From Phaeosaccion multiseriatum (taxonomy: Eukaryota > Protista > Ochrophyta, other classes), in contig OZ218963.1 in NCBI GenBank assembly GCA_965112735.1, positions 124,001 through 188,000 of the forward strand: a stretch of 64,000 nucleotides of DNA. The letters run 5' to 3'. Numbering within the stretch: the stretch's first letter is position 1; every line of letters starts with the position of its first letter. The notes beneath the pieces are model-generated. The model searched no databases. It worked only from the letters and a program-made list of their open reading frames with translations, and was not told the DNA's origin. Positions 25,064-38,300 of this stretch are shown piece by piece. A program made the position numbers and the translations under genes.

Positions 25064-28000
25064 TGGAGAAGGTGGTGATACGGATGCAGCGGCGTCGCCG
25101 CCATCCATGTCTCCAATCCGAGCACTTGGGCTCTTCACCGAGGTAGTGAGGCACCTCTTCGCCCTCAGTGAGCCGCACTCCAGAGGTGCACACTCCATCG
25201 ACTTTGCCATCGACATTGCGAGTCGAGGTCAGGAGGAGCCTCAGCCGCCCCGGACCCTCTGCCGGCGCGTGCTGGAGCGGCTCAGTGGGAAGTGTCGCTA
25301 CCTGGCGTTGGCGTCGGTGGAGGGGGAACGTGAGCGCCGGGCGTGCGTGTGCGTCTTTCGAGCCCTTTCCTCAGGCGCAGGAAGAGGGCAAGCGGAGGGA
25401 GACGGGGAGGAGGAGGGGAGGGGTCAGGACCGGGGGGGGTGGCAGAGAATGGGAGGGCGAGGGGCGCAGCAGCAGCGGCAGCAGCGGCAGTGGTACCATC
25501 CGCTGAAGGGGGAGATGGCAGCAGACGACTTCCTTTCTCAGCAGCTGCATGAGCTGCTCACACACAACTTTGGACACGGAGGAAGGCGAGAAGGGGGAGG
25601 AGGAGGGGGAGGGCGCAAGAGGAGGAGGAGCGGAGGGAGGGGCGGCAGTGGCAGCGAAGAAGCATATGGGCATGGGCCGCCCATGAAGGGGGTGCTCACA
25701 CCGTTCACGCCTTCTCCGTCTTCACAGGCCTCTCCCTCGCCGCCCTCGAGCCAGGGGGGCTCCACCCAGCACTTGATGATGCAGCAGCAACAGCAGCAGT
25801 TGGTGATACAGCAGCAGCAGGAGCAGCTCGCCGTCCTCCCGGGCTTCATGGCGGCTCTGGTGGGGTGCCTCAGTTGCCCCTCGGGGCCTGTCCGAGGGCG
25901 GCTCGACCCAGGGGGACGTCTGGAAGCGCTGCTGGGGGTCCTCTCTGCCCTCCTCCGCGGCGCCGGCCCCAATCAGCGAGCAAGGGGGGGAGGGCAACAA
26001 GGAGTAGGAGGGGGCAAAGCAAGCCCACGAGAGGATGAGAGTGTCCACAGCAGCCTCTCCGTGCCTACCGTGGGCTCTTTCATCCTCGCGCTGGCCCGGC
26101 TCGGATGGGGAGGAGGAGAAGGGGGGCAGGGGGAGGGGGAGGGAAGAGAGGGAGGAGAGGCGAGGGAGGAGGGCGGTGCACGCAGTCACGGCCAGGCGCG
26201 TGTGCTGCTGCTTGCGGCCGAGATCGCTCGGGAGGCACTGTGGGCGGGGGCGGAGGGGGAGGAGGAGGAGGAGGCAAGCTTCAGTCAGCAGGACCTAAGT
26301 CAACAGGCCCTTAGTCAGCAGGAGGGCACCGAGGGCGAAGGGGGGGGCAGGGGAGGCAGGGGAGGGGAGGGCGTGGGGGGTGCTAAGCCCCCCGGGAGAC
26401 TGCTGGCGGAGGCGCTGCGAGGTGAGGAAGAGGAGGAGGGGGAGGGGCGAGGGGAGATAAGAGGGCATGCGTGTATGATATATGGCAGTGGATGGGCGAG
26501 GGGCGAGGCTCTAGGGGATGGCAGTGGAAGGGCTTAGGAGGGATGTCGACATGTTGGGGTTGACAATCATTTGACTTATTTCCTCAGCTCCGCTCAGTTC
26601 AGTTCAGTTTGGGTATACACCGCCACCACTACCCAATACCCAATACCCAATACCCAATACCCAATACCCAATACCCAATACCCAATACCCAATACCCAAT
26701 ACCCAATACCCAATACCCAATACCCAACACCCAATACCCCATACCCAATACCCCATACCCAATACCCGATACCCAGTACCCAATACCCAATACTCAATAC
26801 CCAATACCCATCCATCCCTGGTAAGGTAGGGTCCAATAACCTGTTTGATACACTGAAGGTCGAAAAGAGGCTAACACAAGTATCCCCCCCCCCCCCTGGA
26901 TCGGAAACCCTCGCCCTCCTCCCCTGGGCTTTGCAGTGGCGCAGTGGGCAGGGACGGCAGTGGATGCCCCCCGCGGAGGAGGAGGGATGGCAGCTCACGC
27001 GCGACGGGAGCCCTCTTCCTCCGCCTCCGTGTACGAGCTCTGGTTCAGGCAGTGCTTCGGCAGCTTGGCCCCCCTGCACCCCCAGCCTCCCCAAGATGTC
27101 TCCTCCTCAACCTTCACTGGTACCGCTGTTCGCCCGTCTGCCACGGCAACTGCCCCCCGGGGTACGGCAGGACCCGGGGGGGCAGGAGCCGGCAATGGTG
27201 GCCGAGGAGGGATGGCAGTGGATGGGCTAGGGGGAGGGTCGGGGTTAGGTCCTTTGATGAGGTCCAAGCAGCAGCTGGGCTTCCTGCTGGGGGTGTTGGG
27301 GGGCATGGTACCCAACGACAGCACCCACGTGCTGCACACACACCTCAGAGAGCTGCGGCCCTACAAATCAAAGGCAAGCAAAGAAGGAAGGAAGGAAGGA
27401 CATATGTCAAGGAAGGGTTTCAATCCTCCTTCTCCCACCCTCCTTCCCTCTCCCACGCTCCCTCCCTACTGCTCCTTCCTCCCTCCGTATCACCAACCCT
27501 CCTACCCTTCTGCGCTATCTGCGACCCTCTCTCTCTTTTCTCTCAGTACATGGGCTACCTGAGAGACTTTTTCGGCCTGGCGAGGGCGCGCGTGACCGAG
27601 CTGGATGCCATTGGACTGGCGACGACTGACGCACCACCAACTGGCATACCACCAACTGCTGCAGGGGGAGGAGGAGGCCCCGCAGCAGTGACGGCCAACC
27701 CATGGCAAGGATTTCGACGGAGCAGCCAGCAGGAGGGGAAGAAGGGGAAGCAGTTGGTGATACGGCAGCAGCAGGCCGAGGGGGCGGCGGAGAGGGCAGA
27801 GATCGCAGCCCACTTGGAGAAGTTCGCAAAGACGCAAAAGGTGCGGAGTGGGAATGGGATGGTAGTGGATGGTAGTGCGATTGATGGGATTGGGATGGTA
27901 GTGGATGGTAGTGGGATTGATGGGATTGGGATGGTAGTGGATGGTAGTGGGATTGATGGGATTGGGATGGTCGTGCACGGCGGGCATGGCATGGGGCAGG

Positions 28001-31000
28001 GGAGGAGGAAGTGTGGGGGAGGGGAGGGGGGTGATGAGGGCTGGCAGGGATATTGAGTCAGTGGCCGACGGGGTGAGGGTAGGGAGCGCGAGCGGTCATG
28101 ATGCTTGCGGGCTGTTGCCCTCCTTCGGCTGCTTTTCTCCCTCCTTTGGCCTCAAACCTCATGCTGCCGAAGATCCAGCGCAGCGCCCCTGGTGCCCATT
28201 AACCTGCCATCCACTACCACCCCCGCCCAATCCCCTGCCATCCACTACCCCTGCCCAATCCCCTGCCATCCATCCACTGCCATCCATCCCCCAACAGGTT
28301 CCGGCGTCGCTGACCATGGCCCTGCGTTTCGCCTCGGGCCCTCGCGAGAAAAGCCTTCTGCGCATACTCCTCCAGCCGCCATCTGTGAACGACTCGCCAT
28401 CTGTGACTGAGGCCACTCCCGACCTCGCTCTGCGCTTCCGCTTGGTCAAGCGCCTCGCCAAGGTTGGTGCGGGGGTGTCAGGACAGAAGGAGTGGAGGGG
28501 TGTCAGGACAGAAGGGGGGGGGGGGGCTTGGTACTTCTTCGTCAGAGGCCCCAAACGCCCCTACTTGGGGAGACGAGGAGATGTATGGGCCAATTGGCTG
28601 AACAGCTGTTGAGGTGCACTCTTGTTGTGCCGGTGATGACACCCACCGCTTCCTCCAAGCTCCCTTATCGTTCACCCTCTCCCCTCTCCCCTCTCCCCTT
28701 TCCCCTGCCCCATGCAATACACCCCCCTTACCCCTTCAGGAGCACTGCATCACCAAGGTGGCGTTTGAGGGTTTCCAAGACGCCGTGAAGGTGTACATGA
28801 GGGCCGCGAAGAAGGCAGAGGCCTCCAAGAGGGCAGAGGAGGAGAGGAGAGAGGAGGGGATGGCAGTGAATGGGACGGTGCTCGCGGCAGAGGGGATGGC
28901 AGTGGATGGGAGGGCACTCACGGCCCGCCTCACGCACCTGCACGGCCTACTCCTCGGTGCGACTCGGGCCCAGGACAAGGAACAGCAGTTGGTAGTAGAG
29001 GCGCCACAGCCACATGGACCGGTACAGACAGAGGCGTATGGGCACGGCGGAAGAGCGCTCTCTCCTCTCCACGAGCTGGACGTGCTGCTGCACGGGATGG
29101 TGCCCCTTGCGGCGCTGCTGGACCTCCACCTCCACGCCACCTGTGACCTTCTACGGAGCGCCAATACGGACACAACGCCCTCGCAGCTGAATCCGTGGGG
29201 ACCGCGCACCTGTCAGGTACTGTATCACCAACTGCTGTGCTGTGCTGTATCACCAACTGTATTGTGCGTACACAGCACAGAGCTTTACATTTCTTGCGCG
29301 TATTGTGTTGGGTCCGGTACAGAGCTTTGTCTTTGTCTGTCTGTCTGTGTCTGTCTCTGTGTGAATCTGTCTGTCTCTGTCTGTCTCTGTCTGCCTCTGT
29401 CTGTCTGTCTCGACTTCTTGTGGCAGTGAGAGAGACTGGGGCCTTGCGTTACCTGCGTGGCGTTGCGTGGCGTTGCGTTGTGGCTCACCCCCAACCCCTC
29501 CACTGCCATCCCATCCATTCCACTGCCATCCCATATCCATTCCACTGCCATCCCAACCCTCTTGCTTGATTGGCCCCACCATGGTCTTCGCGACAGCTGC
29601 TCGTGGCCTTTGCAGAGAGGTGGCAGGCTTCACAGATGGCTTCTCCACAGCGCTCAGATGGGAGGGACGGGAATTCAGAACGGGCCGACGAGGAGGGACG
29701 AGCCGAAGCTAGAGACAGAGACAGAGACAGAGACAGAGACAGAGGCAAAGCCAGAGAGAGAGACGGAGAAGGAGACAGAGACAGAGACAGAGACAGAGAC
29801 AGAGACAGAGACAGAGACAGAGACAGAGACAGAGACAGAGACAGAGACAGAGACAGAGGCAAAGCCAGAGAAAGAGACGGAGAAGGAGATAGAGACAGAG
29901 ACAGAGACAGAGACAGAGACAGAGGCAAAGCCAGAGAAAGAGACGGAGAAGGAGATAGAGACAGAGACAGAGACAGAGACAGAGACAGAGGCAAAGCCAG
30001 AGAAAGAGACGGAGAAGGAGATAGAGACAAGGAGAATGTCCAGGCGAGGAGCGGCGAGGGGCAGGCGAGTGCCGTACCGCCAACGACCGAACCACCAACT
30101 GCTGTGCCACCAACTGGCCGGCGATGGCGGCGCACGGCAGAGGAGCAGCCCCAGCCCAGCGCGGCGGAGGTTGCGCGATGCATTCTCTCGTGCGTACACA
30201 CCTGTATCCGCCTCGCCCTGGGGCAGCAGGAGGGGCAGGAGGGGCAGGAGGTAAATGTTGGTCTCGATGTGACTCGCGTGGCGTCATTGGTGTCAGGACT
30301 GGTGCTCCACTCGCCGCTGGCGACGCTCCAGCCCCTCGCCAAAGCTCTTTTGGACGTGTGCCTCGCCAGCGTGGGGCAAGCGTGCGTGGGCGCGTGCGTG
30401 GGTGTGGGCGAGGGCGTGGACATGGCGGGGGCGGAGGAGAGAGGCCAGAGAGGCGGGGAGCAGAGAGAGGGTCACGTGGTTGGAGGTCCATTGATTGGGG
30501 GTCTGGACGGGGCGCAGCAGTATGCGCTGGCCTGCGTGGTCTCGGTGTGGGCTTGTTCGCAGCCACGGCCCTGGCCTATGCAACAGGGGCCTCCCAATAA
30601 AGCAGGGGGTGTCAGGACAGACCTTCGAGACGGATATACATGTAGGGATAGAGGAAATGATTGCACGGGGTCGGGCCTCGGCGCCACTGATACGAACACG
30701 AGCAGTAGGCAGCCTGGGGGCGCCAATCGGGCTACTGTATCACCAACTGTGGCGCCAACCCTATCGCCAGCTGTGGGACACGGCTATGTGCGGCGCATGA
30801 TGGACAGGCTGTGGGTGGAGGCATTCCGCGGAGGAGAGGGGGGGCTCGGGCAGGCATATGGGCAGGCATATGGGCAGGCACAGGCGTACGGGGACAGATG
30901 CGAGAGGGTGCTGCGAGCGGCCAAGTGGAGCTGCCTCTTCGTGAGACGAGTCCTCAGCCAAGGGGAAGAGCTGTTTTCTGTACCTGTTGGACCGTCTTCT

Positions 31001-34000
31001 GTACCACCAACTGCTATATCGGCGTCTCGTGGCGGGGCCTACGTACCTGCGTTGTGCGTGGAGCAGCTCTGTTGGGTGTTCCACCGCCTGCAGCTGTTCG
31101 AGGAAGAGCTGCAGCAGCAGGTGGTGATACAGCAGGAGCAGCAGAAGCAGCAGGGGCAGGAAGAAGGGGGGACGAAAGGAGAGGGAGGGGGGCGGCAAGG
31201 AGACGGGGCAGAGCAAAGACGCAGAGTGGACAGGCGCAGGCATATGGGAATGGTGGGCTGTCGTCGCCAGCTGTTGCTTGGAGAGGTGCGGGTCACTCTG
31301 ACCGAGCTCTTCTCGCTGGGACCGTGGTGCGAGCTTGTAAGGAGCCACGTGGACGGAAGGGGAATGGGAAAGGGAAGGGCTCCGTCTTCCTCTTTGTCTT
31401 CATGTTCACGCTCTAGTGCTTCGTCTTCCGCGTCGCCGCCAGTGGGAAGGCTCTCTCTAAGCGAAGTGCTAACGCGCGAAGGCGTCCTTCTGTCGTTTGA
31501 TGCCAGCGCGGTCGCTACGAGGCCCGAAGGAGGAGGAGGAGGAGGAAAAGGAGGTGGTGGTGGACGCTCTGCGTGTGAGGTGGAAGAGGAGAAAGAGAAG
31601 AAGAAGAAGAGTCGGGGAGGGGAGCGTACGCACTGGAGGGGCGGAGAGGGGGCTGAGGAGGAGCCCCCCTTGCCCCCCCTGCTGTATCACCAACTGCTGC
31701 CCCCCCTGCTGCGCTACTTTCGGGGGTTGATGAGCGGTCTGAGTGCGGAACAGCGCTGTCAGGAGGTGCTGCACTGTCTTCTTGCCTTGCCTGGGCCTGG
31801 GCCGAGCCTTTGGCCTGGGCCTGGGATGGCCTCAAGGGAGAGGGAGGGGAGTGAACGAGCTCGTAGGAGGGGCGGAGGGGTTGCCCTGCGCGGAAGGACG
31901 ACGAGGAAGAGGGGCAGGGAGGACAGGGAGCACGGCCGACAAGTGGGTAAGGGTGGGAACGAGGACGACGACAGGGAGTGGGGGGGGTTGCTTGCTGGCG
32001 TTGCAGAGGCTCGAGGGCTGCCTTTCGCAGAGGAGTGGTCGCGGAGGCTGGGCAGGCTTGACGAGACTCTCACAAGGGATGGCACTGGATGCGAGGACGG
32101 GGGATGCCGCTATTGGGTGCATCCCTGTTGGGCGAAATGGGCCTCTGCGGGGCCCAAGTCGGAGAGGCGTGAGATGGAGCCCCGGTCTGCGGCTGTGATG
32201 CACGCCCTCGAGGCGCTGCTCTCTGAGGAGCTCAAGGGGCTGGTGTCAGGACAGAGCGTGTCAGGACAGAGGGCACCTGCCCCTGCCTCCTCCTCTGCCC
32301 CTGCCCCTTCCTCTGTGGACGGGGTGGCACCGCTGCTGGAGAAGGCCTTCGCCTCTTGTCTAAACAGGGTTTATGTGGGGAGGGAGCGGGCAGAGGGAGT
32401 GGAGCTGCACTCAGCCTCAGAGGCGGAGGGGACACAGCGGCTGCGGCACAGGCAAGATGAGAGGGAGACGCATATGGGAAGCGGAGACGGAGACAGAGAC
32501 AGAGACAGCCTCAACAGGCTGCGCAGTGCATGCCTGAACAGTAACAGCAGCTGCAGCAGCAGGAGGAGGAGGAGGAGGAGAGTCCTATTCACAGATGGCA
32601 GCAACTTGGCGGCGGTGCTGCTCCTCATGCACCGCTGCCTACCGTTGGTGCTCCGCGAGGACCGCCACTGCTACGCAAGGTGCATGCGCCATCTGTTGCG
32701 GACGGTCCTGACACTCACGACTCCCGTCCCGCCCTCTGTGACTCTGATGTGCGTGCAGCTGTGGCTGCTGCCCTGTGGCCAGGGGGGGGGGGCGGAGAGG
32801 ATGGCAGTGGATGCGAGGATGGAGGAACACCCTCTGCTGAGCAGCGAACTCGTCCAGGTGTGGCCCGTGCTAAGACCGGCCCTGGTCCTTGAGGAGAGCC
32901 CCCTTGGGCGCGATGATACCGCTGCCGCTGTATCACCAACTGCTGTCCCTGCCCCAGGCAATGCTGTATCACCAACTCGTGCCCCCGAATGGGCGAGGAG
33001 GATGGACAGGCTGCACCTGCTGCACTTGGAGGCGTATGGGCAGGCGCCGGGGGGCGAGGGGCCAGAGGGCACAATAGAGGCGGCGTACGGACACGGGATG
33101 AAAGACGCCACAGCAGAGCTGCCCAGGACTGCGGCGCGTGTGGTGATTCGAGGCGTGTTGGCGACGGCGGAGAGAAGGAGAGAAGCGTCGTCAACCCACA
33201 CAGCCACTGCGGCGACCGGAAGGGAGAGCCCCCCTTGGGCACCCCCCGGGGGGGAGTTCTCCTCCAGCCTTGACAAGCTCCTTGAGCGCGTGTACAAGGG
33301 CCCCCGGGGGGGGGCGAAGCAGCAGCGAGAGGCGTATGGGCAGTCTGGACGTGAGCTGCCATCCCTTACCCTCCTGCGCCAGCTGCTGCTGCTACTGCTT
33401 GCAGAGCCCTCGATGGCAGTGGATGGAAGCTCTCCTGTCTGCCCATCTGCCAACCCGCCGCTTGCCCTCGCTCGGTGCCTCTTGCGCCTTTGCCCCCTAC
33501 TGGTGAACTCTCTCGTGGCAGAGCCCTTTCTGCAGCAGTTGGTGATACAGCAGCGATCCGAGACCGATGAGGGGGCCACGAACAGCAACCCCCCTGGGGC
33601 GGCACCCGAGGGGCTGGAGGCGCAGGCACATGGGCAGGCGCGGCTGTCGAGGGCTGTGCTGAGTGTGCTGGAGAGCAGCGCACGAGACCCATACCGAGGG
33701 GAAGGGTCAGAGGTGTCGGGACAGGCGATGGCAGCAGAGGGGCCAGGGTTTGGAGAGGGGTGGGCGATGGCGGTGCTTCAGCACTACCTCGTGTGGCTGC
33801 ACTTGGCCGCTCAGATGCACGGGTTGTTGGTACACCAGAGCCAGGGGCGTGTCCTGACACCACGGATGGGCAAACACAGCCAGGCACGGCTCGCCCTCGT
33901 CCTCCCCGGCATGCTGAGGAGCAGCAGGGGAGAGAAGGGCGGCGGGCAGGCATATGGGCAGGTGCGGGCCCTGTGTGCGGCTGTCTGCCGCCTGGACCCT

Positions 34001-34093
34001 GCTTCTGAAACGCTCTTCCGGGTGGCAGGACAGATGGCAACTCAAACGCCACCACGAAGTCATATTCGTCAGGATAGCGAACCACCCAAGTGA
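23763..34093 (+). CDS. FANCA: Fanconi anemia group A (FANCA)-like protein (start codon and some junctions uncertain)
   Basis: Exons approx. <24030-24458, 24639-26421, 26937-27373, 27547-27840, 28298-28462, 28740-~29216 and a long last exon to 34093. Colinear FANCA-like blocks: [112 protein letters not shown]. Confidence 0.72.
24526..24611. repeat. 10-bp minisatellite (TTGACTCTGC)n, intronic
   Basis: About 8 tandem copies. Confidence 0.9.
26630..26808. repeat. Telomere-like heptamer array (TACCCAA)n, i.e. (TATTGGG)n on the minus strand, intronic
   Basis: About 25 tandem copies, perfect at the left and degenerating to the right. Confidence 0.9.
29711..30027 (+). repeat. (AGAGAC)n microsatellite with a ~60-bp higher-order repeat inside the long ORF (RD dipeptide tracts)
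   Basis: Four blocks of AGAGAC runs, each followed by AGAGGCAAAGCCAGAGARAGAGACGGAGAAGGAG. Confidence 0.85.
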
Positions 34094-34529
34094 CCCCCCC
34101 ACCCCCCCACCCACCAAGCCCGCTTTTTCAGTGCGAGGGCGCGGCCCAACCCCACCACAGTAGTTGGTGATACGGGCCACCCCACCACTGGCCAGGCACT
34201 GTCAGGCAGCATCAGCAGTTGGCGATACCATCGCTACTGCTCAGGAGGAGGAGGAGAGAATGGTGATGATGGCGAGAGGCAGATGGAGGAGTGGGCGGTG
34301 CTGGAGGAGAGCATGGTGGCGGCGAGAGGAAGAAGAAGTCAACAAATAACAAAGCTTGCTATATCAACAACTGCCACTGTTGCTGCTCGACCTTCCGTGT
34401 TGCCTCCCCCCCCTCCCCCCTCCACCGACCGAGGGCAATCCGGCCGGGACTGGGGCAGGAGGATCAGCAGTTGGTGATACAGCAGCAACAGGAGGGGACC
34501 GTCGAGGAGACGAGGTGAATGTGTGTATG

Positions 34530-34574
<45 letters not shown>

Positions 34575-35324
34575 CGCCTGTGTGTGTGTGTGCCCTTCTA
34601 AACACACCACACCACACCACAGATGCGGAGTACTCCTGCAGGAGGTGGTCCGAGAGGGCTGCTCCTTCTGCTGCGTGGGCACGCTCGGCGCCGCCCTCGA
34701 CGGAGGAGTCTCGCTCGTGGCGGGCATGCAGCCAGGACGGCAACATTGTGCAGATAGCCGTGCCCGTGCCACAGCTACTGCGCAAGACCGCCTCTCGACG
34801 CAAGTGGTTGTTGTCAGGGTGGGGTCTCTTCTTCTCCATCCCTCCGCTGGCTTCTTGCTTTGACTTGCTTCCGCCCTCTCCGCCTCTGGCTTCTGCTTAT
34901 CGGGCAGGGGGCAGAGAAACCTCGCCTGCCTGAGAAGCCAGAAGCCAGCGAGACTGCGGCCAGAAGCCCGAAGCCAGGGGTCACAGGAGGGGGCTACGGC
35001 CCAGAAGCAAGCCAGGAGCCAGAGAAAAACCTCGCCCTGGAGCCGACCTCCGGGGTACTAGGGAGGAGGAATGCGTGATGATCCGTGATCCGTGACGGAT
35101 TACCATCCAAAAGTAACAAGATTCGCCCCCCCCAGATGAGAAGAGTTTTATGAAAAGAAAATGACCCCTGCCCCTTGCCAAGAAAGAGCAAACCGTTCTT
35201 GCGGAGCGTTCTACACCGCTGAACCTCAACCTCTATATGGGGATGCTTATCACATCCCCCATCTCATCGTTCCCAGCAAACCAAAAGGAGGAGCGAAGAG
35301 CGAGAGCAAATACCAAAGCCAAGG

Positions 35325-38300
35325 ATGGTGAGCATGGGTAAAACCCTGCTGCTACTGCCGCTCGTAGCCATGGTGGTTGGGGCCAGCGGCGACGAGCAAA
35401 TCATGACCCGAAAATACGTGAGTTGTGCGAGGATGAACAAAGAGCGGAGTATCAAAAAGAAACACGAAGGGAGGGGAGAGAGACAGCCAGCTGATGAGGA
35501 GTCGGCTGAGGTGCATCACCTTACTGACTTGTGGCTGACCCGGCTGTTGCTTGCTGCATTCTTCTTGCCTGCGTGGGGGGTGACTTGGTCTGTTCGTCAC
35601 GGCCGGGCCACGGTTGGTTGCATCCCGCCAGCCGGTCTTCACCCTGACATCCTGACATCCTCCCTTGCCTCTCCTTTCCCTCGCTCCCTCCCAGAACCCT
35701 CACAAGGAACGTCAAGCGGAGGCCAAGCGTGTAGATCTAAAGAGTGCCAAGGCCAAGCGCATCGATCGAAAGAGTGCCACCATCATCAGCATTAAAGCTG
35801 ACCCAGCCCATACCTCATCGATGTACAAGGCGTGCACGTCCTTTAGCGAGATGCAAGATGCCGCCTCGGCACTGAAGCAGGACCTGGGCACTAAAGGGGC
35901 GGTGAAGGTGAGAGGTCAGGAGGAGGAGGAGGAGGAGGAGGTGAGGAGGTAATGGAAAGACCACGGCACCACGCGTGGTGGTCTACTTCAGCACTACGAC
36001 AACACGCGTGGCGTTGATGATAGCTACGGTCACCAAAGCCACCACACACTTTCGTAGCTTTTGTAGGGTCTCCTGCACAACTCCAACGCCACTCCTCCCC
36101 TCCCCCCTCGCTCCGTCTGCCTTCCTCCTGCCACCACTTGTAGGTGACCTTGAGTGATGGTGGTGCGGACCTGAGCTGCTTCACCTTCTCCGCCCCCTTG
36201 AAGTATGGCAAAGCCCTCGCCGCCGCGCCAAGCACGAAGCACCTGCAAAGGTAAGTGTGGCACTGTACTGAGATACGGCCAGCCAGACCAACCCGGCCTG
36301 AGCGTTTCCACAGGCAGCGGCTGCCTACTGTTGGCTGGTGCTGCCGCCGTCACCCTCCGTTCTCCCCACCACACACGTACTTCAGGCAGCCTCACGACAC
36401 ACCACCCACCACTCGCTCTCTGTACCTCGATCCTCCCCGCCTCGGTCGCTTTGTCTTGTCTGTTCCTTGGTTTCCACCACTGGCAGCGTCACAGCCCTCG
36501 CCCCCGGAAGTCGCAGGCTCCCCTCTGCTGCTGCACACGCGAATCAAAAGATGGTGAAGAACGTGAAGGCGGAGAGCAAGAGCGCTATGATCATGAAGGC
36601 GAAGAACAAGAAGGCGATGATCATGAAGGCAGAGAGCAAGAAGGCGATGATCATGAAGGCAGAGAGCAAGAAGGCGATGGACATGAAGGCGAAGAAGAAG
36701 AAGCACAAGCCCTTCCGCAAGCCCAACCGCGAGCTGCAGAACCTGACGGCGAAGAGCAAGAAGGGCAAGCCCGTCCGCAAGCCCAACCGCGAGCTGCAGA
36801 CCTCGACACCACTGCCTCCCGGTTGCCACAGCCATGCTGACGTCTCGTAAGTACGATCACTACTCATTCAGCTGTCCCTCTTCCTTTCACTCACAGATAC
36901 AAGTACCTTCCTCTTGTGTGGTTCCCTTTTCCATTCCGCAGAGAGAGCAAGAGTGTGGGTTTCTCGAATGTACTTTTAATTTGGGGTCTCACTTATTTTA
37001 TTTTTATTTTTTATGTTCTCTCCGCCCGAACCTGTTCTCGCCGCTGGTTGCACCTCACCCCCTCAGAGAGTGGATTGGTGACGGTTTCTGTGATGGAGGA
37101 GAATATTACGATGAAGTATGCGGTGAGTAACTAGGTGGGGTGGGTGGTACTATTTTACAGGCCCAGTATGTCGCCAGCTGTGTGTCAGCCGGCTTGTTGA
37201 TGCCCCTCCTCTCTACTACTCTGCTCTACTCTGCCCTCTAATGGCTCCTCCCCTTCGCTCCGCCTCTCGTCGTGATTGTACGTGTTCACAGGGTATGACC
37301 GTCGTGACTGCATCGGAATTGTGCTGCCTCCAGGCTGTTTGGTAGCCACCCCGTAAGTACGATCATTAATCATTCAGCTATCCCTCTTCCATCCATACAC
37401 ACACATACATATATCCCTCTTTCATTCCTCAGAGAGTAAGAGTCGGCGTTCCTGGAATGAAAATCGATTTGTATTAATTTGTGTGTTTTTTGTTGTTGTC
37501 TCTCCGCCTGAACCTGTTCTCGCCGCTGGTTGCTCCTCACCTCGTCAGAGGGTATTTTGGCGACGGTGACTGCGACGGAGGAGAATACAACACGGAAGTA
37601 TGCGGTGAGTGAGTGGGTGGGTGGTACAAGTCGCTCTATTTGTAGGTCAAATATGTCGCCAGCTGTGAGCCAACAGGTTGACACTACTCTGTTCTACTCT
37701 TCCCTCTAATGACTCCTCCCCTTCCCCCCAATGCTTGTCGTGATTGTGCGTGTTCACAGAGTTTGACGGTGGTGACTGCCTCGGCTCAGAGACACCAAGC
37801 CCAGAAGCAGCACCTGTACTGCCTCCAGGCTGTGTGGTAGACATCCCGTAAGTACGATCACTAATCATTCAGCTGTCGGCCGCTCTTCCATTCGTACACA
37901 TACATATATCCCTCTTCCATTCCTCAGAGAGTAAGAGTGGGCGTTCCTGGAATGAGAATCAATTCGCATTAATTTGTGTGTTTTTGTTGTCTCGCCGCCT
38001 GAACCTGTTCTCGCCGCTGGTTGCACCTCACCCCATCAGCTCGTGGATTGGTGACGGTTTCTGTGATGGAGGAGAATATAACACGGAAGTATGCGGTGAG
38101 TGCGTGGGTGGGTGGTACAAGTAGCTCTATTTGCAGGTCAAATATGTCGCCAGCTGTGAGCCAACAGCTTGACACTACTCTGTTCTACTCTTCCCTCTAA
38201 TGACTCCTTTTCCCCCCAATGCTTGTCGTGATTGTACGTGTTCACAGAGTTTGACGGTGGTGACTGCCCCGGAGAAGGCTCAGCGACACCAAGCCCAGAA

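Noticed and set aside
34164-34933. Possible extra exons or small gene after the FANCA-like stop
   Set aside because: Splice-like sites exist (~34515 donor, ~34622 acceptor), but I could not build a consistent frame or find a recognisable motif.
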